A stretch of 64,000 nt of DNA from Octopus sinensis. Lineage: Eukaryota. The first letter of the stretch is position 1, and the number at the start of each line of letters is the position of its first letter. The stretch is taken from positions 100,502,001-100,566,000 of the forward strand of contig NC_043001.1 of assembly GCF_006345805.1 (NCBI RefSeq). The letters are read 5' to 3'. The notes under the pieces are model-generated. The model searched no databases, was not told where the DNA came from, and worked only from the letters and a program-made list of their open reading frames with translations. Below are positions 14,805 through 26,679 of this stretch, piece by piece. Made by a program: the position numbers and the translations under genes.

Positions 14805-15041
14805 AAAAGAGGAAAAAACACAGAACGTTTGTTTTACAGGATTTAAGAGTATATTAGAGCCACAATAATAAAGATATTATATAATTTTGTACAAAATAAG
14901 GTCTTGTTCTTCCGACATGGTTCAATTATCTTGGGAGAACAAAACCGTATTTTGTACAAAATTATATAATCTCTTTATTATCATGGCTCTAATATACTCC
15001 TAAATTCTGTAAAACAAATGTTCTGTGTTTTTTCATCTTTT
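14805..15041. repeat. Hairpin repeat, ~237 bp
   Basis: Arms 'gaaaaaacacagaac...ttttgtacaaaata' and 'tattttgtacaaaa...ttctgtgttttttc', each ~95-100 bp, around a ~35-45-nt spacer. Confidence 0.85.
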
Positions 15042-15106
15042 ATATATCTCTATTTATATCTAGCACGTGTGTTTCCCCACTAAAGTATTTTCTACCTTAT
15101 AAATAC

Positions 15107-15143
<37 letters not shown>

Positions 15144-15149
15144 ATATAT

Positions 15150-15456
15150 CACGTGATCATGTGATCGACCAGGCTATTCAGATGTTGCTACACATCGCTG
15201 GTCACAATGCACTTCGCATTGTTTTAGCCTTTAAATGACGCCACCCTGCTGGCTAAGTGAGCAGGTCAACAGAATAAAGATTGAGAGAAAGTTGTGGAAA
15301 AAGAGTACAGCAGTGTTTGTCACCACCCCCTGCTGGAGCTTCATGGAACTTTAGGTCTTTTCACTCAATAAACACTCACAACACCTGGTCTGGGAATCGA
15401 AACTGCGATCCTATGACCATGAGCCTGCTGCCATAACCACTGGGCCATTGTGCCTC
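15150..15456 (-). mobile_element. tRNA-derived SINE, family B head with an alternative 3' tail
   Basis: About 180 bp (15279-15456) align to 26682-26862, including A box TGGCCCAGTGG and B box GTTTCGATTCC. The remaining tail is unrelated to the tail at 26863-27069. Confidence 0.8.
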
Positions 15457-15776
15457 AACACACACACACACACACACACACACACCAACGTGCACACACA
15501 CACACATATAATTCACAGAAGAGATCCAGAGATTCTCTGTATAGAAGACATTTAGTAGTACTCAAAAGATTCAAAATTAGACTGTAATATCTTTACAGGG
15601 GATCATTCCACAAGTAAGGTTATGAGAGGGATCAAGTTGACTAGGTATAGAGTCAATTATGTGGATAAACAAATTAGATACATCAAATATATAAGATTTA
15701 TTAAATTTATTAGTTTCTGCATGAATTACAAAATATCTACACATGTAAAACAAGAGAAAGCAAAACATGGAGGTTT

Positions 15777-15924
15777 TCAGGTGATCAGTTTTTTAGTCTA
15801 AATCTATAGATATTTATATTAATAAGTCCAACTTACACAGAATTCTCTGTCGTTTGTACTCTCTGTTAGTTGGACCTGTTAATATAAATATCTATAGATT
15901 TAGACTAAAAAATTCATCACCTGA
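15777..15924. repeat. Hairpin / MITE-like inverted repeat, 148 bp
   Basis: tcaggtgat...tttttagtctaaatctatagatatttatattaa...gtccaact pairs with agttggac...ttaatataaatatctatagatttagactaaaaa...atcacctga. Confidence 0.8.
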
Positions 15925-15991
15925 TAATTTTCACTTTTTGATTTTTTTTGATTTTGCAACTATATATATATTATATATATATATATTATAT

Positions 15992-16036
<45 letters not shown>

Positions 16037-16224
16037 ACACATGCACACACATATTTTGTATTTCATACACAAACTAATATATTTAACATCTTTCATATAT
16101 TTGATGTATCTAACTTGTTTATCTGCATAATTGCTTATATGGCAGACATTAAGTGATGATGATGACAACAACGATTATATATATATATATAATATATATA
16201 TATATATTATATATATATATATAT

Positions 16225-16282
<58 letters not shown>

Positions 16283-16299
16283 GATAGATAGATAGATAA

Positions 16300-16362
<63 letters not shown>

Positions 16363-16629
16363 TAGATACAGATATAGATATATAATTTAAGCAAATGTGA
16401 ACTGAAGATAACATAGACAAATGCTGGTCTATCAAATACTATACAACATAAATACTTGATTTATTGAAGTTATCTTTGTATCTAGAGGTTGTGTCATTAT
16501 TACCATATGAGACTAGCTGCATATCAGAAGGTGCTACAATCTTCACAATGAAAATTACTCCAAAGCTATGATGTCATTAAGGAAATGGACAAAGAGGAAT
16601 CCATAGATAAATCCAGTGAAAGTTCAAAT

Positions 16630-16715
16630 TCTTACGGCTGTTTCAAGAACATGTGGTATGAAATGGGCGAACCATTTCCATCCATCTTAGTTATCCACAT
16701 TTCATTCTTCAGAGA
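16630..16715 (-). ncRNA. Type I minimal hammerhead ribozyme motif, Penelope type, core intact
   Basis: Minus strand: TCT-CTGAAGA-[61-nt helix II]-GAAAC-AGCC-GTA-AGA. All conserved core nucleotides are present, with a GUA cleavage triplet and a 3-bp helix I. Confidence 0.55.
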
Positions 16716-17143
16716 TGACTTAAGAGTATTTGAAAGATAAAAAAATCTTTATTTTATTTTTAAAATTTGAAATTTGAAGTGAAAGTACATGCTTTTCAAG
16801 TGAATAAAATGAAATAAATGCTGAATTTTAGTGTTTAAATAGACTGCAAAATGCTTAGCAGACATAAAAAATTTCCTATGATGTCATGCGAGTATATTTA
16901 TGTTTTCTATTGTATCAACATATTTCTATATTCTGTATATTTCATGATGCATCCTGATGTTGAGAAATACACTGACAAAAGGAATTTTGGCTCCTATGAT
17001 TTGCTAAATTTTTATTAATCTCTATATTTCATGTTGCTCTCTTAATTAGAGCGCTAATTTGTTGTTCTGTACAAGGAGTTAATCTCCTTTCTATCTGATC
17101 ATATATATATGTGCGTGTGTGTATGTATATATATGTATGTATA

Positions 17144-17220
<77 letters not shown>

Positions 17221-17222
<2 letters not shown>

Positions 17223-20200
17223 CATCATCATCATCGTCGTTTAACGTCCGTTCTCCATGCTAGCATGGGTTGGACGGTTCGACCGGGGTTCTGGGAAGCC
17301 AGAAGGCTGCACCAGGCTCCAGTCTAATTTGGCAATGTTTCTACAGCTGGATGCCCTTCCTAACGCCAACCACTCCGTGAGTGTAGTGGGTGCTTTTTAC
17401 GTGCCACCTGCACAGGTGCCAGGCGGGGCTGGCAACGGCCACGGTCAGATTGGTGTATTTTATGTGCCACCGGCACGGAAGCCAGTCGAGGCGGTGCTGG
17501 CATCGGCCACGAGTCGGATAGTGCTTTTTACGTACCACCAGACCAGGGATCCTGGCTGGTTCAATTCGATTTCGATTTCGCTTGCCCCAACATGTCTTCA
17601 CAAGCAAAGGGGGTTGGCAAGGGTGCCTGTCGTACGGTTGCATTGGAGTATTTTACGTGCCACGGCCACGAGTCGGATAGTGCTTTTTACGTACCACCAG
17701 ACCAGGGATCCTGGCTGGTTCAATTCGATTTCGATTTCGCTTGCCCCAACATGTCTTCACAAGCAAAGGGGGTTGGCATGGGTGCCTGTCGTACGGTCGC
17801 ATTGGAGTATTTTACGTGCCACGGCCACGAGTCGGATAGTGCTTTTTATGTACCACCAGGCCAGGGATCCTGGCTGGTTCAATTCGGTTTCGATTTCGAT
17901 TTCGATTTCGATTTCGCTTGCCCCAACATGTCTTCGCAAGCATGGGGGGTTGGCATGAGTGTCTGTCGTTGGATGAGGTTCTATATCGACTTCGCTTGCC
18001 TCAACCGGTCTTTGTGTCCAAGGGAGGAAAGGCATTCATAAGTGGGCTGGGCTCACTTGTCCTGCCTGGTCTTCTCACGTACAATTTTCCAAAGGTCTCG
18101 GTCTCTGGTCATTTCCTCAGTGAGGCCTAAAGTTCGAAGGTCGTGCTTCACACACCTCGTCCCAGGTTTTCCTGGGTCTACCTCCTCTTCCACGGGTTCC
18201 CTCAACTGCTAGGGATTGGCACTTTCTCACACACCTATCTTCATCCATTCTCGCCACATGACCATACCAGCGCAATCGTCTCTCTTGCACACCACAACTG
18301 ATGCTTCTTAGGTACAACATTTCTCTCAAGGTGCTAACGCTCTGTCGAGTATGTACACTGACATTACACATCCATCGGAGCATACTGGCTTCATTCCTCA
18401 CGAGCTTACGCATGTCCTCAGCAGTCACGGCCCATGTTTCGCTGCCATGTAGCATGGCTGTTCGTACACACGCATCATACAGTCTGCCTTTTACTCTGCG
18501 AGAGGCCTTTAGTCACCAGCAGAGGTAAGAGCTCCCTAAACTTTGCCCAGGCTATTCTTATTCTAGCAGTTACACTTTCAGCGCACCCACCCCCACTACT
18601 GACTTGGTCACCTAGATAACGGAAGCTATCAACTACTTCTAGTTTTTCCCCCTGGAAAGTGACGGAAGTTGTTTTCTGCAGATTTTCGGAGGTTAATGCT
18701 CCCGAGCATCTGCCACATAGAAAACTATCTTCCCAGTTAGCCTACCTTTGACATTGCTGCACCTCTTATGTGTCCATAGCTTACACTGGGTACATCTTAT
18801 AGAGTTTCTACTACTACACACCTTTTCTACAGATCGAGCAGGGCCATCTTCCTGAAGATATTTGTGGATTGTCTACCTTTCTACTTATTAGTACTTTGGT
18901 TTTAGCTAGGTTGACTCTAAGGCCCCTTGATTCTAAACCCTCCTTCCACACCTGGAACTTCTCCTCCAGTTCTGATAGTGACTCAGCAATAAGAGCAAGG
19001 TCGTCAGCATAGAGGAGCTCCCAGGGACAGCCTGTCTTGAATTCCTCCGTAATTGCCTGGAGTACTATGATAAATAGGAGGGGGCTGAGTACTGAACCCT
19101 GGTGGACCCCAACCTCTACTTTGAATTCTTCTGTGTACATGTTGCCAACCCTAACCTTACTTACGGCATCTTTGTACATGGCTTGCACAGTCCTCACCAG
19201 CCATTCATCTATCCCTAGTTTCCTCATTGACCACCAGATAAGGGATCGGGGGACCCTATCAAAAGCTTTCTCCATGTCAACGAAAGCCAGGTACAGGGGC
19301 TTATCTTTGGCTAGGTATTTCTCCTGCAGCTGCCTTACCAGGAATATAGCATCAGTGGTACTTTTCCCTGGCACGAACCCAAACTGCATCTCATCTAAAC
19401 TAACTCTCTCTCTAATTAGTTGGGCTATGACCCTCTCCGTAACCTTCATTACTTGATCCAACAGCTTGATACCTCTGTAATTATTTGTATCTAGGGCATC
19501 ACCTTTACCTTTGTAGCAGTTGACTAGTATGCTGCTGCACCAGTCATTGGGTATGACTCCTTCGTGTATCACCTGTTGACTATACGGGTGACTAGGTTAT
19601 AGCCGACACTGCCAGATATTTTGAGCATCTCTGCAGTAATTCCTGATGGGCCTGGGGCTTTCCCTGTCTTCATGCTTCTAATTGCCCTAGCTACCACGGA
19701 ACTATCAACTCGGATAGCTGGTCCCTCTGTGGGTCAACATTCGGCAGACTCTCTTTATCCCATTCATTTTCCTCATTCAGTAACCTTTCATAGTGGCGTC
19801 TCCAAGCTTCTCTCTTTGCATCCTCATTTAGCGCAAGTGAACCATCCTCCATGCGAACACATTTCTCTCCTACCACATCACGATTCTCTCTCACACACTG
19901 TCTTGCAACACGAAATACCTCAAGTCTTTCATCCTCACGGCGCAGGACATTGGCAAATTTTCTCTTATCTGCTTCCCCTCTGGCTAGATAGACCTGTCTC
20001 CTAGCTTCCCTTCTGGCAGTCTGATACCCTTCCCTGCTACCACCGTTCTTCCAGGCCTTCCAAGCCTGTTTCTTTTGTCTAATAGCCCTGTCAACAATAT
20101 TGTTCCACCACCACGTTATTTTGGGTCTTAAGGGGACTTTGCACCAGCCACAGATCTGGTCAGCGGCTTTCAGCAGGTTGTCCCTCAGAAACGTCCAGTT

Positions 20201-21066
20201 GTCTTCTACCCCCCTGTGTAGCTATACCCCCCTTCCACTTCGTCAAAGGCTTCAAGTAACATATCTCTAAATCTCTGTCCATTCGCAGGGGCTTTAAGCT
20301 TCCAGACCCTTCTTCTCCATGTTGGTCGTCTTCTAGTCGCCCTCTTAGTCCTGATCCTAAAGTCACTAACTACCAGTCTATGTTGTGGGGTGCATTCTTC
20401 GCCTGGGAAGGTTTTGGCATTTTAATAAGCAGCCATCTTTCCCTTTTTCTGGCAAGGATGTAGTCGATTTGGCTAGTATGCCGGCCCGATCGGTAGGTGA
20501 CCAGGTGGCTTGTTGGTTTCCTGAAGTTAGTGTTGCAGACCATAAGACTATTCGCATCGCAGAACTCCAGCAGCCTGGTTCCCTCCTCGTTGCGGGAACC
20601 ATAACCGTAGCCTCCATGTACGCCATGGAAGCCCCCAGCATGTCGTCCAACATGCCCATTGAAATCACCAGCCACAAAGAGAAGGTCCCTGTCGTTCGTC
20701 GATGAGGTGGTCTGCAGTAGGGTGTCATAGAAACTGTCTTTCTGTCCATCAGGTAGCCCTGGCTGAGGGGCATAGGCCGATATAATGGTTGCTAATCTAT
20801 TATGAAGCACTATTCTAATCTTAAGTATTCTGTCACTTACTCTGATTACCTCAATTACTCTATCTATCCATTTCTCAGCGATAAGTATACCCACGCCACC
20901 AACCCCGTCAGTGTTCCCTGCCCAGAAAATCTTGTACCTGTGTTCCTTGCCTGTGAGGACCCTAGCAGATCCTCCTCTCCACCTTATTTCTTGCATACAA
21001 CATACATCAACACGTCTCCGTTCAAGCATCTCGACTATCTCGCCAGACCTACCTTTCAAGCCAGAC
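17221..21066 (-). mobile_element. RTE-clade LINE, near-full ORF (EN + RT) with frameshifts and a ~900-bp 3' UTR ending in (GAT)n
   Basis: EN (21059-20370): [40 protein letters not shown] (19572-18814): QFGFVPGKSTTDAIF, FVDMEKAFDRVPR, GVHQGSVLSPLLF, LLYADD. C-terminus (18455-18117): LHGSETWA, RRLRWYGHV, RGRGGRPRKTW. Contiguous 3' UTR 18117-17221. Confidence 0.93.
17504..17970. repeat. 159-bp tandem repeat (~2.8 units) inside the RTE 3' UTR
   Basis: 'cggccacgagtcggatagtgctttt' at 17504, 17663 and 17822. Each unit has a (TTCGAT)n tract, expanded in the third unit. Confidence 0.9.
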
Positions 21067-21162
21067 CTATATATATATATATATTATATATATATATATA
21101 TGTATATGCATATATATATGTGTATATATATATGTATATGTGTATGTATATATGTATATATG

Positions 21163-21193
<31 letters not shown>

Positions 21194-21334
21194 ATGTATA
21201 TGTATATGGTATATATATATATAATATATATATATAAATATATATATGTATATATGTATATATATGTATATATGTATATATATATGTGTGTATATATATA
21301 TATATATGTATATGTGTGTGTATATATGTATGTA

Positions 21335-21395
<61 letters not shown>

Positions 21396-21459
21396 TTGTA
21401 TGTATATGTATATAGATACGTCTGTATAAGTAAGTATGAATGCATGATGGTTTGTTTGT

Positions 21460-21830
21460 GCCTTTGTTTAGATCTCATGCACTTCCAAGGAAGTTGGCCC
21501 TGTAAGCTGTATTGTTGTGATCAGTTCTCCTCTCAACAAATCATCTGCTCGCTTCACACCTTCAAAGCTGTGTTGAATAAAAGATCCATTACTTGAAGAA
21601 TAAGTAAGGATATTATTGTAATGAGTTGTTGCGTAAAAAAGAGCAGGCAGCATTGATGTGTTTATATGATACATGGAAAGGATGACTGCTGTATAAAGAA
21701 GTGCCAAGAACTCTGAGTCTGTGAAATATGTGAAAGGGAGAGACAAAGGAAGACTTGGAATAAAGTGGTGAAAGTTAACCTAAAGATGCTGCACCTCATA
21801 GAGGAAAGGGCAGGGGACCATTTTGGTTGG
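21460..21830 (+). mobile_element. Decayed RTE C-terminal fragment
   Basis: Degenerate 'gagagacaaggaagacttggaataaagtggtgaaag' (RGRPRKTW-like) region homologous to the RTE ORF end. Confidence 0.5.
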
Positions 21831-23589
21831 CAATAAGCTGAGCTACTAAAGCTTTACCCACTGCAAGATACACTAAAACTCAAGGATAATTTTTAGGGGC
21901 TACTCCTTCCCCCATTTCCTCACCTATCTGCTATTGTTCATTTACCCTTTTTTGCCCTTCTTTTTTTCACTCATAGCCCTCCATCTGCCAACTCTCCACC
22001 GTCTGAGCTGATCACATCATCCTCATTAGTCTCCTCTACTTTTCAGCAGATTTATACAGAGGAGACTGCATTAAACTACAATCATCCCTCTCAGCCTTTA
22101 ACTTCCCCACACTGTGCAACCAGCCAGCTCTTGCTCTCTCTCCTCTCTAAACTACCTCTACTGCCACCAATCACCTATCCTCCCCTTTATTTCATCTCCT
22201 ACTTTTACCTTTGTCCACCTCTGCTATTGTTCATTTCATCACCCTCCTGACCTTACCATTGACCTCTTCTCTCACTACACATCATTCTCCTCCTGCCACT
22301 ACTTCTACATATTCCTCCTCTTCTTCCCATCATACTTTTGTTCCCGCCATCCTCCCACCATTCTAGTTTTTTCCTTGTCATTTCCCTTCTTCCTCTCCAG
22401 ATCTTCACCTGATCACTCACCTGATCAAACATACACACTCTAGTCTATACCTACATTTTCACCTTTAAACACCAATTCCCAAACAGACATTTCTGCCTTT
22501 GTTTGTCTTTGTTGCTCCTTCTCCAGATTCACATTATATTATACTAGCCTTGCCCCACACCACTGTTAAGTGGTTGGCTAATGAGCAGATACACTGTGGA
22601 ATTATGAGTTCCATCTTGTCCTGACCCATCAACGATTAGTCAACACCTCTAGTGCTGGTGCCATAAGAAAATGCATCTATCACACTCTGTAACGTGATTG
22701 GCATCAGGAAGGCCTTCAGCCGAAGAAAGCAAGCCAAATGACATGTGTGGGTCCTTTGTTTCAAGAGCAGTAGCTCCCGATGTGAGGTAACTCAGATGGC
22801 AATTACCTGAACAACCCATGCCAGAACAGAAACCAGATGTAATATGAAAATATGTTGATGACAATGGTGACGATGATATAAATGTGTGTTGAGCTCTTGA
22901 TAGATAGATAGATAGATAGATAGATAAACATACACACACACACCATATATAAAAGCTGAAAGACTTAAATATATTGAAGGCCAGCATGGGAGTTACTGCT
23001 GTTTATTTCTAGTTTTGTTATTTTGTTTTTATTTTTGAGCTGTTGCCCAAACTGAAAACCTTGCAGCAAGCAGTTAGTGTCGCACAAGCTGTTTGGTTTA
23101 TCCGGTGGTGGTTTGGAGGTGGGTGCAAAGGGTTATGGGAAGAACAGGAGCACAATCCAAAAGAGAAGCTCACTCTAAGTTATAGAGCAGTAGAGTAATT
23201 AGATAAAGATAGATATGGCCTGTCTATAGGGTTACTCAGGGGAACCCCATAGACTGGCCATAACTATGGTTATCTAATTGTGTTTGTGTGTGTGTGTGTG
23301 TTTGTGTATAAATTGATGGAATGAAGCGGGTAAAATCCATGCCACATATATTTTTCCTAGCTAGGAAGTATTGATTATGCAATGAGGGTACTTCACCAGT
23401 AAGTCATCAGGCCGACCATATCTTTATTAAAGGAAGGTCTTTTATATTAATGAAGTATCTCCTACTTGATGAGAAGCTTGTGGAGTACCTCTGATAAATG
23501 TGTAATTATTACTTCTGAAGATCTGTGCTTGCTAGGAAACAAATGTAGGCTGGATTTTACCTGCTCTGTTCCCTCAATTTGAATATTTT

Positions 23590-23718
23590 AGCTGTAGAAA
23601 CTCTGCCAGATCAAGATTGGAGCCTGGTGCAGCCATCTGGTTCGCCAACCCTCAGTCAAAATCGTCCAACCCATGCTAGCATGGAAAGCGGATATTAAAC
23701 GATGATGATGATGATGAT
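23590..23718 (+). mobile_element. Short copy of the RTE LINE 3' UTR
   Basis: 'agctgtagaaactctgccagatcaagattggagcctggtgcagcc...catggaaagcggatattaaac' followed by (GAT)n. Confidence 0.85.
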
Positions 23719-23943
23719 TCATAACAACCGAATATGTTCATTGATATGGAGAAAAAACCTACATCCTTTGATGTCAATAAACTTTTATTGGTCCCAAAAG
23801 TTGATTTTTATACCCACCACAGACTGCTTGAAGCTGACTAACTTCCTACACCTGGATTCTTGGATCTTACAATTACATATTATATGTATGTGTATGTGTG
23901 TATGCATATATATTGATATATATGTATATATATATATATATAT

Positions 23944-24092
23944 ATCATCATCATCATCATCATCGTTTAACGTCCGTTCTCCATGCTAGCATGGGTTGGA
24001 CGGTTCGACCAGGGTTCTGGGAAGCCAGAAGGCTGCACCAGGCTCCAGTCTAATCTGGCAATGTTTCTACAGCTGGATGCCCTTCCTAACGC

Positions 24093-24094
<2 letters not shown>
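23944..24094 (-). mobile_element. Short copy of the RTE LINE 3' UTR
   Basis: Nearly identical to 17221-17370. Confidence 0.9.
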
Positions 24095-24135
<41 letters not shown>

Positions 24136-24152
24136 TATATATATATACATAC

Positions 24153-24195
<43 letters not shown>

Positions 24196-24196
24196 C

Positions 24197-24244
<48 letters not shown>

Positions 24245-24849
24245 GTATGTGTATACATATAATGCATGTTTATGTGTGTGTGTATAAATGCACACACATG
24301 CACACATACACACCGCGCACACACACACACACACATTTTACACATTAATACATATAGACTTTAAGCTTTGCCTTCAGCTTTACAATTTGCCAGTCTGTGT
24401 TGTCCGTTCTGAAACTCATTTCCCAAATGTGGTGCAGATGTGACAATATTAACATATTTATAATCTGACAGATTGTTTAAAATAAGAGTTGTCACTTGAT
24501 AGTGACAGCCTCATGGTGAAGACAACTGCTCCTGGAAACACACACACACACATACACACGCATACATGTGTGCATGCATAGAGATTGAAGTATGCACACA
24601 CACAGACAATTGCACATATGTTCATATAGACTGAGAGACATTAAGTCGTAGCCAAGATGTTTACTTCATAGCCTGGGGTTCCTGGTTCAACCCCTGTGAG
24701 AACCATTTGGTGCAATAGTCTTTTTCTAACATAACCTAGTGTTGACCAGACCAGCACCTTGGGAGGAGAATATGAGAGACGGAAACTCTTTGGAAGCACA
24801 CACACACACACATGCAGAGTATATGTGGATGTAGAAAGTATGTACAGAT

Positions 24850-24912
24850 ACAAGAAGAGAGAGAGAAGAGAGAGAGAGAGACAGAGACAGACAGACAGAC
24901 AGAGACAAAGAC

Positions 24913-24949
<37 letters not shown>

Positions 24950-25120
24950 CAGAGACAGAGAGAGACAGAGAAAAAGAGAGGGAGAAAGAGAGAGAGGGGG
25001 AGAAAGAGACAGAAAGAGAGAAAAAGACAGAGTGAGACAGAGAGAGAGAAAGAGAGAGAGAGAAAGAGACAGAAAGAGAGAGAAAGAGACAGAGACAGAG
25101 AGAAAGAGACAGAGAGAGAA

Positions 25121-25152
<32 letters not shown>

Positions 25153-25200
25153 AGAGAAAGAGGGAGAGAGAGAGAGAAAGAGACAGAGAGAGAGATAAAT
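24850..25200. repeat. Compound (GA)n/(GACA)n polypurine tract
   Basis: About 350 bp of almost pure AG repeat. It explains the ERERER/SLSLSL ORFs in the track. Confidence 0.95.
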
Positions 25201-25477
25201 AGCCTAAACATTTTATGACAGAATATTCTAGTAAAGGGAGCAAAGGTGGTGAAGATTAGAAGAGAAATGAAATGTTGAAGGAAACGTGAAATAAAGTCAA
25301 GTGGAATCCCTGATTTATACCAAAGTCAGTGTAACAGGAGACATTGACAATCCTTGATTTCCCTAGCAGCAGCAGCTTAGTAGGGTAAGGTAACGAGAAG
25401 AGAGTAATTGAGAGATGAGCAAGAGTAGCTTCGGTCACTAGAGGGATACCATTGACCATGTATGCATGTATGTTGTC

Positions 25478-25670
25478 GTCATCATCATCAGCAGCAGTAG
25501 CAGCAGCACCATCGTTTAACATCCGTTTCCATGCTGGCATGGGTTGGACGGCTCAACGGGGGATCTGGGAAGCCAGGAGGCTGCACCAGGCTCCAATCTG
25601 ATCTGGCAGAGTTTCTACACCTGGATGCCCTTCCTAACGCCAACCACTCCAAGAGCGTAGTGGGTGCTGT
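25478..25670 (-). mobile_element. Short copy of the RTE LINE 3' UTR
   Basis: 'catcgtttaacatccgtttccatgctggcatggg...cctggatgcccttcctaacgccaaccac'. Confidence 0.85.
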
Positions 25671-25699
25671 TAATACTTTGCAAGTCATTACAATTTGTC

Positions 25700-25860
25700 C
25701 ATAACTCTTCCTCTTTAACTCGCTGAAGAAGAGCTTTGCTCAAAACATAAAACAACCTTTCTTTCCCTCCTTGAGCGTCTTATTAATACTTCTCATGTAC
25801 CACGTCCTCACATTGTTGTTTTTCTCTTGTCTTTTTTCTTTGTTTTTTTTTTGGATTAAT
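25700..25860 (+). mobile_element. Penelope-like terminal repeat fragment containing a degenerate hammerhead motif
   Basis: 25723-25749: CTGAAGA-A-GAGC-TTT-GCTC-AAAAC-ATA. Same architecture as 14261-14296. Confidence 0.45.
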
Positions 25861-26679
25861 TATGTATATATGCATGTATGCATGTATGTATATACATATG
25901 TTTGTGTGTGTGCATATATATGTTTATATGTATGTATGTGTGTATGCATGTATGTACGTATGTATATATGTATGTACATACGCATGTATGTATGCATATA
26001 TGTACATAAGTATTTATGTATATATGTATGCATGTATATATGTGTGTATGTCTCTAAGTATGTACGCATGCTTGAATATATGTATATACACATATATACA
26101 TCCCCAAATATATATTCACATATTCCCTCATATACTCTTGTGATACTTCCTTAAATGCTAACATTTTAAAACCATAACTAGTGGCCTGGCATTTTCAACT
26201 GAAATCTTCAGCTTAATATGGAATATTTAAGTTTCTGGAAGACATGCTGCTAATAGGTATTAAGATCTCAGTCTATTCAGCAGAATGGACTTTCAATCGG
26301 ATTCTGATGGAAATTTTAATGGATATGGCTACATAACAGAAGTATACACACATCATACACACATACAGATGTACTGCATATATTACACATACATACACAC
26401 TCTCAGACACACAGACATATATAGAGATAAACAAAAAGAAAGAATTAAATGCAGACAAAATCAACAAAAGACATTCAAAGTGCAACCAATGAAATGGAGT
26501 TATAACTATAATTCATTTCAAGTGCTGACAGTAAGCTAATTGGTCCAGTTGTTAGGACATGAGACGAAAATGTCTGACAGTATTTGGAATCCCACTGAGG
26601 TCAGCTTTGTCCTTAATTCTTTCAAAATTAGTAAAGAAAATCCAGGTCTGTACAGACTGAGTCTGTAGAGCATCAAATG

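Noticed and set aside
17504-17970. Regularly spaced repeats superficially like a CRISPR array
   Set aside because: These are 159-bp tandem units with no unique spacers and no cas genes, in a eukaryotic LINE context.
17257-18041. 233-aa and 149-aa plus-strand ORFs with internal repeats
   Set aside because: They are antisense readings of the RTE 3' UTR and its 159-bp tandem units.
24641-25243. Long ER-rich and SL-rich ORFs
   Set aside because: Translation of a (GA)n polypurine tract.
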